DNA of 64,000 nt from NCBI GenBank assembly GCA_049287565.1, contig JBAQGA010000239.1, positions 1,522 to 65,521 of the forward strand, given 5' to 3'. The notes below the pieces were generated by a model. That model ran no database searches. It saw only the letters and a program-made list of their open reading frames with translations, and was not told the DNA's origin. The stretch is from Candidatus Aminicenantales bacterium. Lineage in GTDB: Bacteria; Acidobacteriota; Aminicenantia; Aminicenantales; UBA8522. A program made the translations under genes and the position numbers. Positions within the stretch are counted from its first letter, which is position 1. Every line of letters begins with the position of its first letter. Below are positions 1 to 8,486 of the stretch, one piece after another.

Positions 1-630
1 ATCATTGAGCACACTGTCGATCAGCGTGGGGCTAGTGTTAAAATCCGGGTTGTCTCCGGGATCGTGACCGTTCTCCACGTAGTAGTTTTCAAAAATCCAT
101 AACCTTCCCCTCCAGGACAGGGCGGCGATATCGGCGTCGCCATCGCCATTATAGTCCCCGGCACCAAGTGCTATGATCTCGAAAGTCGTAAATGTAGAGG
201 TGTAATTGATGTAATATGGGCCGCTGAACACGAACCTCAGCGGGTCCGCCGGGTCTTTACCCAGGCAGGTGAAGATGGAGATGTTGGTGTCTCCCGGTTG
301 ATAAGTATGATTATCACAATTCCGCCCGCCCTCGACCATGTCCACCAACCCGTCCCTGTTAAAGTCCGCAGACGCACCCGTCATTCTCCAGTTCGTCGTG
401 ACCGGATAATCGCTCGACGGCTCGAAGTTGGCTCCTTTGTTCTGGAGCCTGAGGAAGAGGCCGACTGGGTCGTTGATGATGCCATCCATCTCGGCGATGG
501 TCGAACTATCCCCGCCGACATAGCCGGTGGCTCGGGCCGAAAGCGTGTCGCAGCTTTGTCCGCCAGCCTGAGTCAGCCCCGTCGCAAGAAACGTCGAAAG
601 AACGATCAGCCGAAAAAGATGCTTTCTCAT
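1..630 (-). CDS. PilY1-like pilus-associated adhesin, partial. The C-terminal part lies outside the window; the N-terminus with signal peptide starts at 630.
   Basis: Minus-strand ORF running off the window edge. The N-terminus MRKHLFRLIVLSTFLATGLTQA looks like a signal peptide. There are FG-GAP/integrin-like Ca-binding repeats (ADFNRDGLVDMV, DYNGDGDADIAAL). It is the last gene of the fimT-pilV-pilW-pilX operon, which is the PilY1 position. Confidence 0.5.
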   Translation of the reverse strand, partial: MRKHLFRLIVLSTFLATGLTQAGGQSCDTLSARATGYVGGDSSTIAEMDGIINDPVGLFLRLQNKGANFEPSSDYPVTTNWRMTGASADFNRDGLVDMVEGGRNCDNHTYQPGDTNISIFTCLGKDPADPLRFVFSGPYYINYTSTFTTFEIIALGAGDYNGDGDADIAALSWRGRLWIFENYYVENGHDPGDNPDFNTSPTLIDSVLND

Positions 631-653
631 GTCCGCTCCCTTTTTTTATCCTT

Positions 654-1196
654 TTATGTCGTTTGAATCTCGATCACGACCTCGATCCGGGCATAGGTAT
701 CCAGGCCGGCCCGGCCGATGCAGACGACGATGCAGTCCCGTTCGTTCGGCGTGGCCCCGGTCAGGGCCTCGTCATCAATCAGGAAAACGGTGAAGCTCAG
801 GGAACCGTCGTTCGGCAGCGGCTGGCTAACGAACAGGGTGTTGGTGGAGTCGCTGATCATGTCGGCGACCAGCTCCTCGTCGGTCCGTTTGCGGAAATAA
901 TTGTCGCTCAGCGGGTCATCGAGTCCGACCTGACCTTGAAAGGTCGTCCTGTACTGGCTTCCGAAATCCGGCCAGGTGCCGCTGATGATGGTGTCGTTCA
1001 GCACGCGCCAGACCTCGTCGAATCCGGCTTCAGCGGCGTTGAAGGCCCGTTCCTGCAGCCGGACGTTGGCGGCCACCTCCGGACCCGTGCCGGTGACGAA
1101 GAGGAGGAGGATGCCCACAGCCAGCAGGAAGGCCATGACGATGATGAGGACGATCAGCCCCGATCCCCGGTCTTTTCTCACCTTTCCTCTTCTCAT
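654..1196 (-). CDS. pilX: Type IV pilus minor pilin PilX-like
   Basis: N-terminal RGSGLIVLIIVMAFLLAVGILLLF hydrophobic segment typical of the PilX N-domain. 180 aa. Operon context with pilV and pilW. Confidence 0.7.
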   Translation of the reverse strand: MRRGKVRKDRGSGLIVLIIVMAFLLAVGILLLFVTGTGPEVAANVRLQERAFNAAEAGFDEVWRVLNDTIISGTWPDFGSQYRTTFQGQVGLDDPLSDNYFRKRTDEELVADMISDSTNTLFVSQPLPNDGSLSFTVFLIDDEALTGATPNERDCIVVCIGRAGLDTYARIEVVIEIQTT

Positions 1197-1205
1197 TTCA
1201 TCCCC

Positions 1206-2318
1206 CTAGCGTGTGCCCGAGTTATACAAGTTCAAAGACAGGTTTCTGATGTTGGAAGTGGATTCGAGGAGAAACCTTCTATGGCGGTCCGGCTGGGCGC
1301 CGCCGGCCGTATTCGAGAGCGGTGGACGCTGGTAGACATTGCGGTTGGGGTCGGGATTTCCGGAGACACTGACGAAGGCCCGGGGAGTCCTCCCCTGGAC
1401 CAGGATCCGTATTTCCCTGATCCTTCCGATCTCATCCAGCAGCCAGGTGTTCTGCCAGGGCAGGAAGCCGTCCAGGTCCCCATCGTTGTCCAGGTCGCCG
1501 TTATACTCGAACTGGAGATTCTCGACGTCTTGAGAAATGGGATAGTGGATGCCGTTCAGGGTCATGTAAAGGATGTCGCCCTGGCCGTTCCCGATATAGC
1601 CGTTCACGCCGGCCGTCAGGCCCAGGTAGTTACCGGTGATGTCCAGCCAGAACTCCTTGACGTCGATGAAAGTGACCAACCCGCCGATATAGTCGCTCGA
1701 TGCGCCGCAGTACCCCGAAAGGCCGCCGGGAGGATTGATGCCAGGGGCCAGACCGGGAGAAAAGTTGAGCTTCTCGTTCGTCCCTCCCGTGCTGTGCGTC
1801 ACATGAGTGAGCTGTCTTACCTGGCCGAAGCGGCAGCCCGAGGCCGGGTTGGGCAGGATGAGGCAAATTTTGTTCTCATAGTACTCGTCGGGGTAGGGAA
1901 ATTGCTCGAAACTGTAGTCATCGATACCGAGGGTGATGGAAGAGCCGTTATAATCCTGGATGGACAAGTTCAACGGGTCTTCGATATTGCCCATTATCAG
2001 CAACCGGTCGGGAGTGACCTCGACTCCCCCGCCCTGATCCTCGTTGTCCGTGCCCTCGAAGTAATATTGTTGGAACTCGATCGGCAGCCCGACCCCCGAC
2101 ATCCGGATGTCCCGGGTGATGAAGTACATGGCCGAACGGACATCGTGCTGGAGCTCGGCGTACATATTCTGGTCGACGGCCACCTTGTTGCTCCGCATGT
2201 AGAGGGACAGTGTACCCACGATGATGATGAGCATCACCGTGCTTCCGACCAAGAGCTCGATCAGCGTGAAACCCCGCCGGCTTTCTTGTCTTTTCATTTT
2301 GTTCATTATCAGCCTCAT
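1206..2318 (-). CDS. pilW: Type IV pilus minor pilin PilW-like
   Basis: Prepilin-type N-terminal cleavage/methylation motif RRGFTLIELLVGSTV after a short basic leader. 370 aa. Sits between pilV and pilX. Confidence 0.75.
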   Translation of the reverse strand: MRLIMNKMKRQESRRGFTLIELLVGSTVMLIIIVGTLSLYMRSNKVAVDQNMYAELQHDVRSAMYFITRDIRMSGVGLPIEFQQYYFEGTDNEDQGGGVEVTPDRLLIMGNIEDPLNLSIQDYNGSSITLGIDDYSFEQFPYPDEYYENKICLILPNPASGCRFGQVRQLTHVTHSTGGTNEKLNFSPGLAPGINPPGGLSGYCGASSDYIGGLVTFIDVKEFWLDITGNYLGLTAGVNGYIGNGQGDILYMTLNGIHYPISQDVENLQFEYNGDLDNDGDLDGFLPWQNTWLLDEIGRIREIRILVQGRTPRAFVSVSGNPDPNRNVYQRPPLSNTAGGAQPDRHRRFLLESTSNIRNLSLNLYNSGTR

Positions 2319-2337
2319 GGTGTTCCCATCCTCCCGA

Positions 2338-2817
2338 TCATCGATGGATGATCGTGCTGACCCTGGCCCTGACCCGGTGGTCCTGGGGGTTCGAGATCAA
2401 GTCGGCCTCGTTGGCGCCGAAGGCCTCGGCCGTAAAGACGAGGACCTGCACCTGCCAGGCGGTTCCGTAGGTCACGACATCGGTGATCCGGCGGTAATCG
2501 TTGAGGTTGTCCTGGTTGAGATCGATGAGCTCGTCTCTGAAAAGGTCGTTGGTGCCGTCGTTGTTAAGGTCCACAGCCGCGCTCGAAGCCACCAGGCTCA
2601 ATTCGGCCGCGGTCAGGTTCCTGAGCACATCGATCTGCTGCTGAACCAGGAAGGAGGCGGTCGTGATCCGGTCGGAACGCATGTTGTTCAGGACGCTCAA
2701 GGTGAACATCTGGGCGAGCCCGAGGATGGCGATGGCGACGAGGGCGATCCCGATGACCGACTCCAAAAGGGTGAAGCCCGCTTTGTTGTTTTTCTCTTTG
2801 CGCAATCTTTTCATCAT
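2338..2817 (-). CDS. pilV: Type IV pilus minor pilin PilV-like
   Basis: Leader MKRLRKEKNNKAG followed by FTLLESVIGIALVAIAILG, a prepilin signal. The start was chosen at an internal Met that has an upstream GGGGGAGAG ribosome-binding site. Confidence 0.75.
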   Translation of the reverse strand: MMKRLRKEKNNKAGFTLLESVIGIALVAIAILGLAQMFTLSVLNNMRSDRITTASFLVQQQIDVLRNLTAAELSLVASSAAVDLNNDGTNDLFRDELIDLNQDNLNDYRRITDVVTYGTAWQVQVLVFTAEAFGANEADLISNPQDHRVRARVSTIIHR

Positions 2818-2838
2818 GCTCTCCCCCATCCTTGTATC

Positions 2839-3330
2839 CTAGGTCGACTTGATGTACTGAACGGAGCCGCCCGCGAAGGTCATGATTGTCCGCGTGCTCG
2901 GCTGGTTCTGCAGGCTTAGAGTCGGGTTCTGAATGGAAATACTATTCAGGGATGTGCTGTAGTTCAGGACCATCCCCAGCGGCGAATAGATACACTGCTG
3001 GTTGGGCAGGCTGACCGTGACGGTGTATTTAGAGGGGATGGACCTCCGGATGTAACCCGGGACCTCCAGCCAGATGTTGTACTGGACCTCGCGCTCGAGA
3101 TAATAAACCCATGTCCCGGAGGTGTTATCAAATGTGATCCGGTGATTGAGCTTGGTTTTGACGGCCTGGAACTTGGCCTGCTGGAGGGTCGTCAGGATCT
3201 CCCTGGCCTCGTTCTCCAGGTTCCTCACCTCGAGGGAGCTCTTGATATTCGGATAGGACACCATCAGCAGGACTCCGATGATGGCGATGACCAGTAAAAC
3301 TTCGATGAGTGTAAAGCCGCGTTGTTTCAT
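2839..3330 (-). CDS. FimT/GspH-like type IV minor pilin (pseudopilin)
   Basis: Leader MKQRG|FTLIEVLLVIAIIGVLL. First gene of the minor pilin operon. The long ORF was trimmed to the Met preceded by a GGGTGGGAGA ribosome-binding site. Confidence 0.7.
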   Translation of the reverse strand: MKQRGFTLIEVLLVIAIIGVLLMVSYPNIKSSLEVRNLENEAREILTTLQQAKFQAVKTKLNHRITFDNTSGTWVYYLEREVQYNIWLEVPGYIRRSIPSKYTVTVSLPNQQCIYSPLGMVLNYSTSLNSISIQNPTLSLQNQPSTRTIMTFAGGSVQYIKST

Positions 3331-3687
3331 TCTCCCACCCGCTTCAGGGAGCCGGCCCGACGGCCCTCTGGTAGAGTACCCCGTGCTTCCCATTTCCCTG
3401 GAAATTCCGCACAAATCATCCTCTACCACGTATTGTAAAGTCTTTTACGGTCTAATTCAAGCCATCCGTCCTCTGCTCAATCAACCGGCCTAGAGATCCA
3501 TCAGGAATGGACGGTATTATTTATCGTTCTTATCCTTATTAATAGCAATCCCCCCCGGCGATGATTCGGGTGAGCATAATTCCTTCCAAGTTCTCCCCCT
3601 TCAGCCGTCTCCCTCTCACCCCCATCGGCTAGCCACGATCCGGGCCTCTGTCAGCGAACGGATTTTCCAATCGGTTTTCATCTCTGT

Positions 3688-3693
3688 TATAAT
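3688..3693 (+). promoter_or_regulatory. Candidate -10 hexamer TATAAT upstream of the P-type ATPase
   Basis: A perfect TATAAT lies 38 nt upstream of the preferred ATG at 3731. The -35 is weak (TTCCAA with a 17-nt spacer). The longest ORF start (3692) overlaps this hexamer, which argues for the downstream start. Confidence 0.3.
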
Positions 3694-3730
3694 GGGCGGC
3701 TATCCGGACTTCACTAGAAAAAGGCAAACC

Positions 3731-6493
3731 ATGCAGATCCCCGCCTGGCACGCCGAAGACGTGGTCAAGGTCCTCCACCGCCTCCGTTCTGATCCGCGAC
3801 AAGGATTGGCCACCGAAGAGGTCGAAAAACGCCTGACTCAATTCGGCCCCAACGAGCTCAGGAAAGAGGAAAAAGCCTCTCCTTTCTCGCTTTTCCTCAG
3901 CCAATTCAAAAACGTACTTATCATCATCCTCCTCGCCGCCATCGTCCTCTCCGTCCTGATCGGGGAGGTCCTGGATGCCGTGATGATCAGCGCCATCGTC
4001 CTGTTCAGCGCCCTGCTCGGTTTCATCCAGGAGCACAAGGCCGAACAGGCTCTCGAGGCTCTCAAGAGGATGCTTTCGCCGATGATCACCGTCCTGCGAA
4101 ACGGGAAAGAAGAGGAGATCCCTTCTCGAGACCTGGTCCCGGGGGACATCCTTCTCCTCGAGGCCGGGGATAAGATCCCGGCGGATGCCCGACTGGTCGA
4201 GGTCCATCTGCTCGACTGCGACGAGGCCGCCTTGACGGGAGAGTCGGTCCCGGTCCGAAAAGAAACGGCTCCCCTCCGCTCCGATATTCTGGCGAGCGAC
4301 CGGAAGAACATGGTCTTCGCCGGGACGATCGTGACCTACGGACGGGGGAAAGCCGCCGTGACCGCGACGGGCATGAACACGGAATTCGGCCGGATCGCCG
4401 AGGAGGTCGCGGCCGCCGAAACCAAGAAAACACCGCTTGAGAAAAGGACGGAAGAGATCGGCCGATGGCTGGGCATCATGGCCGTATCGATCTGCGTTCT
4501 CGTGGCCGGGGTCAGTGCCCTCAGAAAGGCTTTTATCGGCCGGCTTAGCCTGGAATTCATGATCGACACGGTCATGTTCGCCGTCGCCCTGGCGATTGCC
4601 GCCGTCCCGGAGGCGCTGACGGCCATCGTGACGGGCGCGTTGGCCATCGGCATGCACCAGATGGCCAAACGCAATGCCCTGGTGCGCAAAATGCCCGCCG
4701 TGGAAACTCTGGGCTGCGCGACCGTCATCTGCTCGGACAAGACGGGGACCCTGACAAAGGGAGAGATGACGGTCCGGAAGATCTATGCCGCCGGGAACGA
4801 CCACGAGGTCAGCGGCGTCGGCTACGAACCCGTCGGGGAAATTCTGGGGGCAGAAAAGAAACCGGACCCCGACAGCCCCTTGGGAAGACTTTTCAAGGCG
4901 GCCCTGCTCTGCAACGATGCCCAGCTTCAAGAGATCGAGGGAAAGTGGACGATCAAGGGTGATCCGACAGAGGGCGCCCTGGTCGTGGTCGCAGCCAAAG
5001 CCGGCCTTCATGTGATCGAGACGAGGTTGAGTCACCCCCGCATCGAAGAGATCCCCTTCAGTTCGGAACGCAAGCGGATGACCACCATCCACGATGAGCC
5101 CGATGGCCGCAGGATCGCCTACCTCAAGGGCGCGCCCGAAGAGATTCTCGACCGCTGCCGCTTCCACTTGACCGAAAAGGGCGTCCTCCCCTTCTCGACG
5201 GAGGAAAAGGAAGCGGCTCTCGAGGCCAACCGGGGAATGGCTCAAGCGGCTCTGAGAGTCCTCGGCATGGCCATGAAATTCTTGCTGGCCGAGCACACTC
5301 GCTACTCGGAAGAAGACGAGCGGGGAATGGTTTTCCTCGGCCTGATCGGAATGATGGATCCCCCCCGGGCCGAAGCGATCGAGGCGGTCAAGACCTGCCA
5401 ACGGATCAAAATCCGAACGGTCCTGATCACCGGCGACCATGAAATCACCGCCCGGGCCGTGGCCGAGGAAATCGGGATTTACAGGGAGGGCGACCTCGTT
5501 CTGAACGGAGAAAAACTGGCCGCGATGAACGAGGGAGATCTTGAGAAAGTCGTCGACCGGGTGACCGTCTACGCCCGGGTTTCGCCGATCGATAAGCTCA
5601 AGATCGTCAGGGCATGGAAAAGCCGGGGTGAAGTTGTCGCGATGACGGGTGACGGGGTCAACGACGCCCCGGCCCTCAAGCAGGCGGATATCGGTATCGC
5701 CATGGGAATCACCGGCACCGAGGTGACCAAGGATGCGGCCGACCTGGTCCTCAGCGATGACAATTTTGCCACCATCCTGAAGGCCATCGAGAGGGGCCGC
5801 TGGATCTACGATAACATCAAGAAATATCTGACCTACCTGTTGCGCTGCAACATCACGGAGGTCGCCGTCATCGGCGGCATCGTCCTCATCAAAGGCCCCG
5901 ATTATCTCCCTCTCCTCGCGGCGGCGATCCTTTACATCAACCTGGCCACGGACGGACTGCCCGCCCTGGCCCTCGGCATCGCCCCGCCGGAACCCGATAT
6001 CATGGAGCGGCCGCCTCGAGATCCCCGGGAAAGCGTTTTTTCCTGGGATGTCAAAGCGTTCATCCTCATGGCCTTGGTGATCGAAACGCCCTTTTTCTAC
6101 CTGCTTTTTTTTCATGATTTTTCACACCTGGAACACGCCCGGACAGAGATCTTTTTCATGTTCATCATCGTCGAGCTGGTCATCGTTCTCAACTTCCGCT
6201 CGCTCAGGTTTAGCATCTTCAAGGTTCCGCCCCACCGCTGGCTGATTCTGGCCATTCTTTGGGAGCTTGTTCTTGTCTCTGTTCTTGTCCGGATCCCTTC
6301 GGTGCGAGATGCTTTTGGCATTCTTATCCCGACGATTTCCGACCTGGGGATCATCTTCGGGTTCAGTATTTTTGTCTTTGCGGCCATGGAGATTGCGAAA
6401 GCGGCGCTGCGGAGGAAACTCGCCCGGGCGGACCGCCGCGACGGCCTCTCCGAGCGCGGCGGAAGGGCATCGAAATCATCCGCTAAGGACTGA
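3731..6493 (+). CDS. P-type (E1-E2) cation-transporting ATPase, P2-type, probably Ca2+
   Basis: DKTGTLT phosphorylation motif (ICSDKTGTLTKGEM). TGDGVNDAPALKQADIGIAMG hinge motif. A PEAL motif in TM4 and ten predicted TM segments. About 920 aa. Confidence 0.9.
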   Translation: MQIPAWHAEDVVKVLHRLRSDPRQGLATEEVEKRLTQFGPNELRKEEKASPFSLFLSQFKNVLIIILLAAIVLSVLIGEVLDAVMISAIVLFSALLGFIQEHKAEQALEALKRMLSPMITVLRNGKEEEIPSRDLVPGDILLLEAGDKIPADARLVEVHLLDCDEAALTGESVPVRKETAPLRSDILASDRKNMVFAGTIVTYGRGKAAVTATGMNTEFGRIAEEVAAAETKKTPLEKRTEEIGRWLGIMAVSICVLVAGVSALRKAFIGRLSLEFMIDTVMFAVALAIAAVPEALTAIVTGALAIGMHQMAKRNALVRKMPAVETLGCATVICSDKTGTLTKGEMTVRKIYAAGNDHEVSGVGYEPVGEILGAEKKPDPDSPLGRLFKAALLCNDAQLQEIEGKWTIKGDPTEGALVVVAAKAGLHVIETRLSHPRIEEIPFSSERKRMTTIHDEPDGRRIAYLKGAPEEILDRCRFHLTEKGVLPFSTEEKEAALEANRGMAQAALRVLGMAMKFLLAEHTRYSEEDERGMVFLGLIGMMDPPRAEAIEAVKTCQRIKIRTVLITGDHEITARAVAEEIGIYREGDLVLNGEKLAAMNEGDLEKVVDRVTVYARVSPIDKLKIVRAWKSRGEVVAMTGDGVNDAPALKQADIGIAMGITGTEVTKDAADLVLSDDNFATILKAIERGRWIYDNIKKYLTYLLRCNITEVAVIGGIVLIKGPDYLPLLAAAILYINLATDGLPALALGIAPPEPDIMERPPRDPRESVFSWDVKAFILMALVIETPFFYLLFFHDFSHLEHARTEIFFMFIIVELVIVLNFRSLRFSIFKVPPHRWLILAILWELVLVSVLVRIPSVRDAFGILIPTISDLGIIFGFSIFVFAAMEIAKAALRRKLARADRRDGLSERGGRASKSSAKD

Positions 6494-6497
6494 GGCT

Positions 6498-6617
6498 ATG
6501 GGCAGACGATTCACCCGACGACATCCCCTGAAGCCGTTTTTCCTGCGGCTTTCCCTGACGCTCGGGGCGATCGCCACCGCTATTTTCGCTTTTCTTCTGG
6601 CCGAAGAGGGGATCTAG
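6498..6617 (+). CDS. Small (39 aa) single-TM peptide immediately downstream of the ATPase
   Basis: ATG 4 nt after the ATPase stop with an AAGGA ribosome-binding site. Sequence MGRRFTRRHPLKPFFLRLSLTLGAIATAIFAFLLAEEGI: a basic N-terminus followed by one hydrophobic helix. It is the 3' portion of track ORF 6267..6617. Confidence 0.35.
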   Translation: MGRRFTRRHPLKPFFLRLSLTLGAIATAIFAFLLAEEGI

Positions 6618-7069
6618 GACTTCTCCGCTCGACGGCGGTTCGCGGTGCAGTCCTTGCAGTACCCGAAGACCTGGATGGAGAACTTGTCTAGAAGATACCC
6701 CTTTTCCTCCCCGATCCTGTTTATGGCAGCTTGAATCTCGGCGTGGCTGAATTCTTGGACCCGGCCGCAGGAAAGGCAGATGAGGTGGCCGTGGGAGATC
6801 CTGTTCCAGTCCGGTTCGAAGTGACTGTGGCTCTCGCCCAGGTCGATGGCGGTCACCAGGCCGCTGCGAACCAGCAGGTTGAGCGTCCGGTAGATAGTCG
6901 CCAGGCCGACCGGCTTCTTCTTGGCCCGCAACCGGCGGTGGATCTCCTCGGCGTTGGGATGAACGCCCGGGGAAGAGAGGATCTCCCTGAAGACCAGTTC
7001 CCTGGCTCGGGTCATCTTGAGGCCGTGCTCCCGCAGGTAGGCTTCGAACTTGGTGAATCCCTTGTTCAT
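6614..7069 (-). CDS. fur: Fur-family metal-responsive transcriptional regulator (Fur/Zur/PerR)
   Basis: Winged-helix N-domain. HxH and CxxC...CxxC metal-site residues (HGHLICLSCGRV...CKDC). 151 aa. Confidence 0.85.
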   Translation of the reverse strand: MNKGFTKFEAYLREHGLKMTRARELVFREILSSPGVHPNAEEIHRRLRAKKKPVGLATIYRTLNLLVRSGLVTAIDLGESHSHFEPDWNRISHGHLICLSCGRVQEFSHAEIQAAINRIGEEKGYLLDKFSIQVFGYCKDCTANRRRAEKS

Positions 7070-8382
7070 CCTGCGTCCTTTATTTTTCTCTGTCGTTCTA
7101 TTTTCTGCCGCAGCCGTTCGAGCCGGCGAGAGAAGTCCTCTTGCAGGCTCCGGGACGCTCCGCCGGACAAGGCCAGCCCCTCTAAGGCGACCTCCCTAGC
7201 CTTCTTGTAATCCTTTTCCCTGTGTTCATAATACATCGCCAGCTCACGGAAACAGTCGAGCTGATGCAGAGAAGTCATCTCGTTCCAGAGGCTCAACGCT
7301 TTTTCCCATTCCCGGTTCTTCTTGAAATGGCCGGCCAACTTCATCTTCGCCAGGACGGCATACTCCCCGGAAAGCCGGCCCTCGAGGGCCCGGCTCATGT
7401 ACAGGGCCGACCTCTCCCTCTCCCCCGTCCGTTCCAGCAGCCGGGCTGCTCCGAACAGGTCCATAGCATCGCCCGGAAGGTCGAGCTCTTCGCCTCGCTC
7501 TTCGCTGAACAAAGCGGCGCCCCTGATGACCACGCCGAGGAGCGAAAGGAGGTCCTCCTGGTTATGGTAAAGGATAGGTTCGATGAGCGAAAATTCGCCC
7601 GTTCTCAAGTACTCGAAATAGCGATTGGGGATTTCGGCGGACGGGATATCCTCTTCCCGGTACGCTTCCAGGACCTCTTGGGCCAGGTGATAAAGCCGGC
7701 AGCTTTCGTGCTTATGGCTCCAGAGACTTCGGGCGGAGAACAGGAAATCGAGGTGGGGCAAGCCGCTGAGCTCCAGTGTCTCCCGCTGGAGGATGAACCG
7801 GGTTTCCAAAAGCGGCAGGTCGAAGGCCTTTCCGTTGAAGCTTACCACCGACCGGAAATCCATCTGTCTGAAGAACCGTCCGAGCTCCTGGATGAGGCCC
7901 TCCTCCTCCGCCAGGTCGCCAAGAAAGAATTGGCTGACCTGGAACTTGTCATCTCGAAAATAGCCGAGTCCGACCAGAAAGGGGACGACCCCGACCCCGC
8001 CCGAGAGACCGGTCGTCTCGAGGTCCAGGAAGAGAGCCGTGGAAAGGTCGAGCTCGGCGAAAGCCCGGTCCCGGCTGAGGACGGAGAGGATTTCGCCGTT
8101 GATCTTGAGCCCGGCGCCGATGGGTATCTTTCCATACCGGCTTCGTAGATGATATTGGTTCTCGAATATTTCCAGAGCCTTCCTTTTTTCCGGTTCGGCA
8201 GGCGCAGCATGGGTTTTTGCTTTTTTTGATGTCCGGGTCAAGGTGATCAGCCTTTCCAGCTTCTCCTTGGTGGAGAGGTTGGATTTTCTATCGAGTTCGT
8301 GCCAGGCCGAGGTGATCGAATCCGTCTTCGTCCGGGAAGACCTCTCTTTTCTGATCCGTCTCAGTCTATCCTCGAAGTTCAT
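7066..8382 (-). CDS. Predicted 3'-5' exonuclease (RNase H-like/DnaQ fold, YprB-type) with C-terminal TPR-like repeats
   Basis: Exo I motif LFLDLETTGL plus downstream DEDD-like residues. A helical, TPR-like C-terminus. A 4-nt ATGA overlap with the fur start implies co-transcription. Confidence 0.55.
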   Translation of the reverse strand: MNFEDRLRRIRKERSSRTKTDSITSAWHELDRKSNLSTKEKLERLITLTRTSKKAKTHAAPAEPEKRKALEIFENQYHLRSRYGKIPIGAGLKINGEILSVLSRDRAFAELDLSTALFLDLETTGLSGGVGVVPFLVGLGYFRDDKFQVSQFFLGDLAEEEGLIQELGRFFRQMDFRSVVSFNGKAFDLPLLETRFILQRETLELSGLPHLDFLFSARSLWSHKHESCRLYHLAQEVLEAYREEDIPSAEIPNRYFEYLRTGEFSLIEPILYHNQEDLLSLLGVVIRGAALFSEERGEELDLPGDAMDLFGAARLLERTGERERSALYMSRALEGRLSGEYAVLAKMKLAGHFKKNREWEKALSLWNEMTSLHQLDCFRELAMYYEHREKDYKKAREVALEGLALSGGASRSLQEDFSRRLERLRQKIERQRKIKDAG

Positions 8383-8486
8383 AGCAAATTACTCCTTCAC
8401 CATCTTAGAATATTTCAGGACACTTTCTCAAGTCTTGTAAGATCTGACGCTTGAAATCGGAAGGGAATGGATATATAAGGGAAGAA

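Noticed and set aside
663-2351. 562-aa plus-strand ORF rich in Asp/Glu/Gly/Val
   Set aside because: It is antisense to pilX and pilW, which carry unmistakable prepilin signals. The composition is typical of GC-rich antisense frames, with no motifs and no ribosome-binding site.
3629-6115. 828-aa minus-strand ORF
   Set aside because: It is fully antisense to the P-type ATPase, which has DKTGT and GDGVND motifs. The sequence is low-complexity and Arg/Gly/Asp-rich.
6267-6617. 116-aa plus-strand ORF overlapping the 3' end of the ATPase gene
   Set aside because: Its first 77 codons overlap the ATPase CDS in another frame. Only the final 39 codons, which have their own ribosome-binding site and ATG, were kept as a candidate micropeptide.
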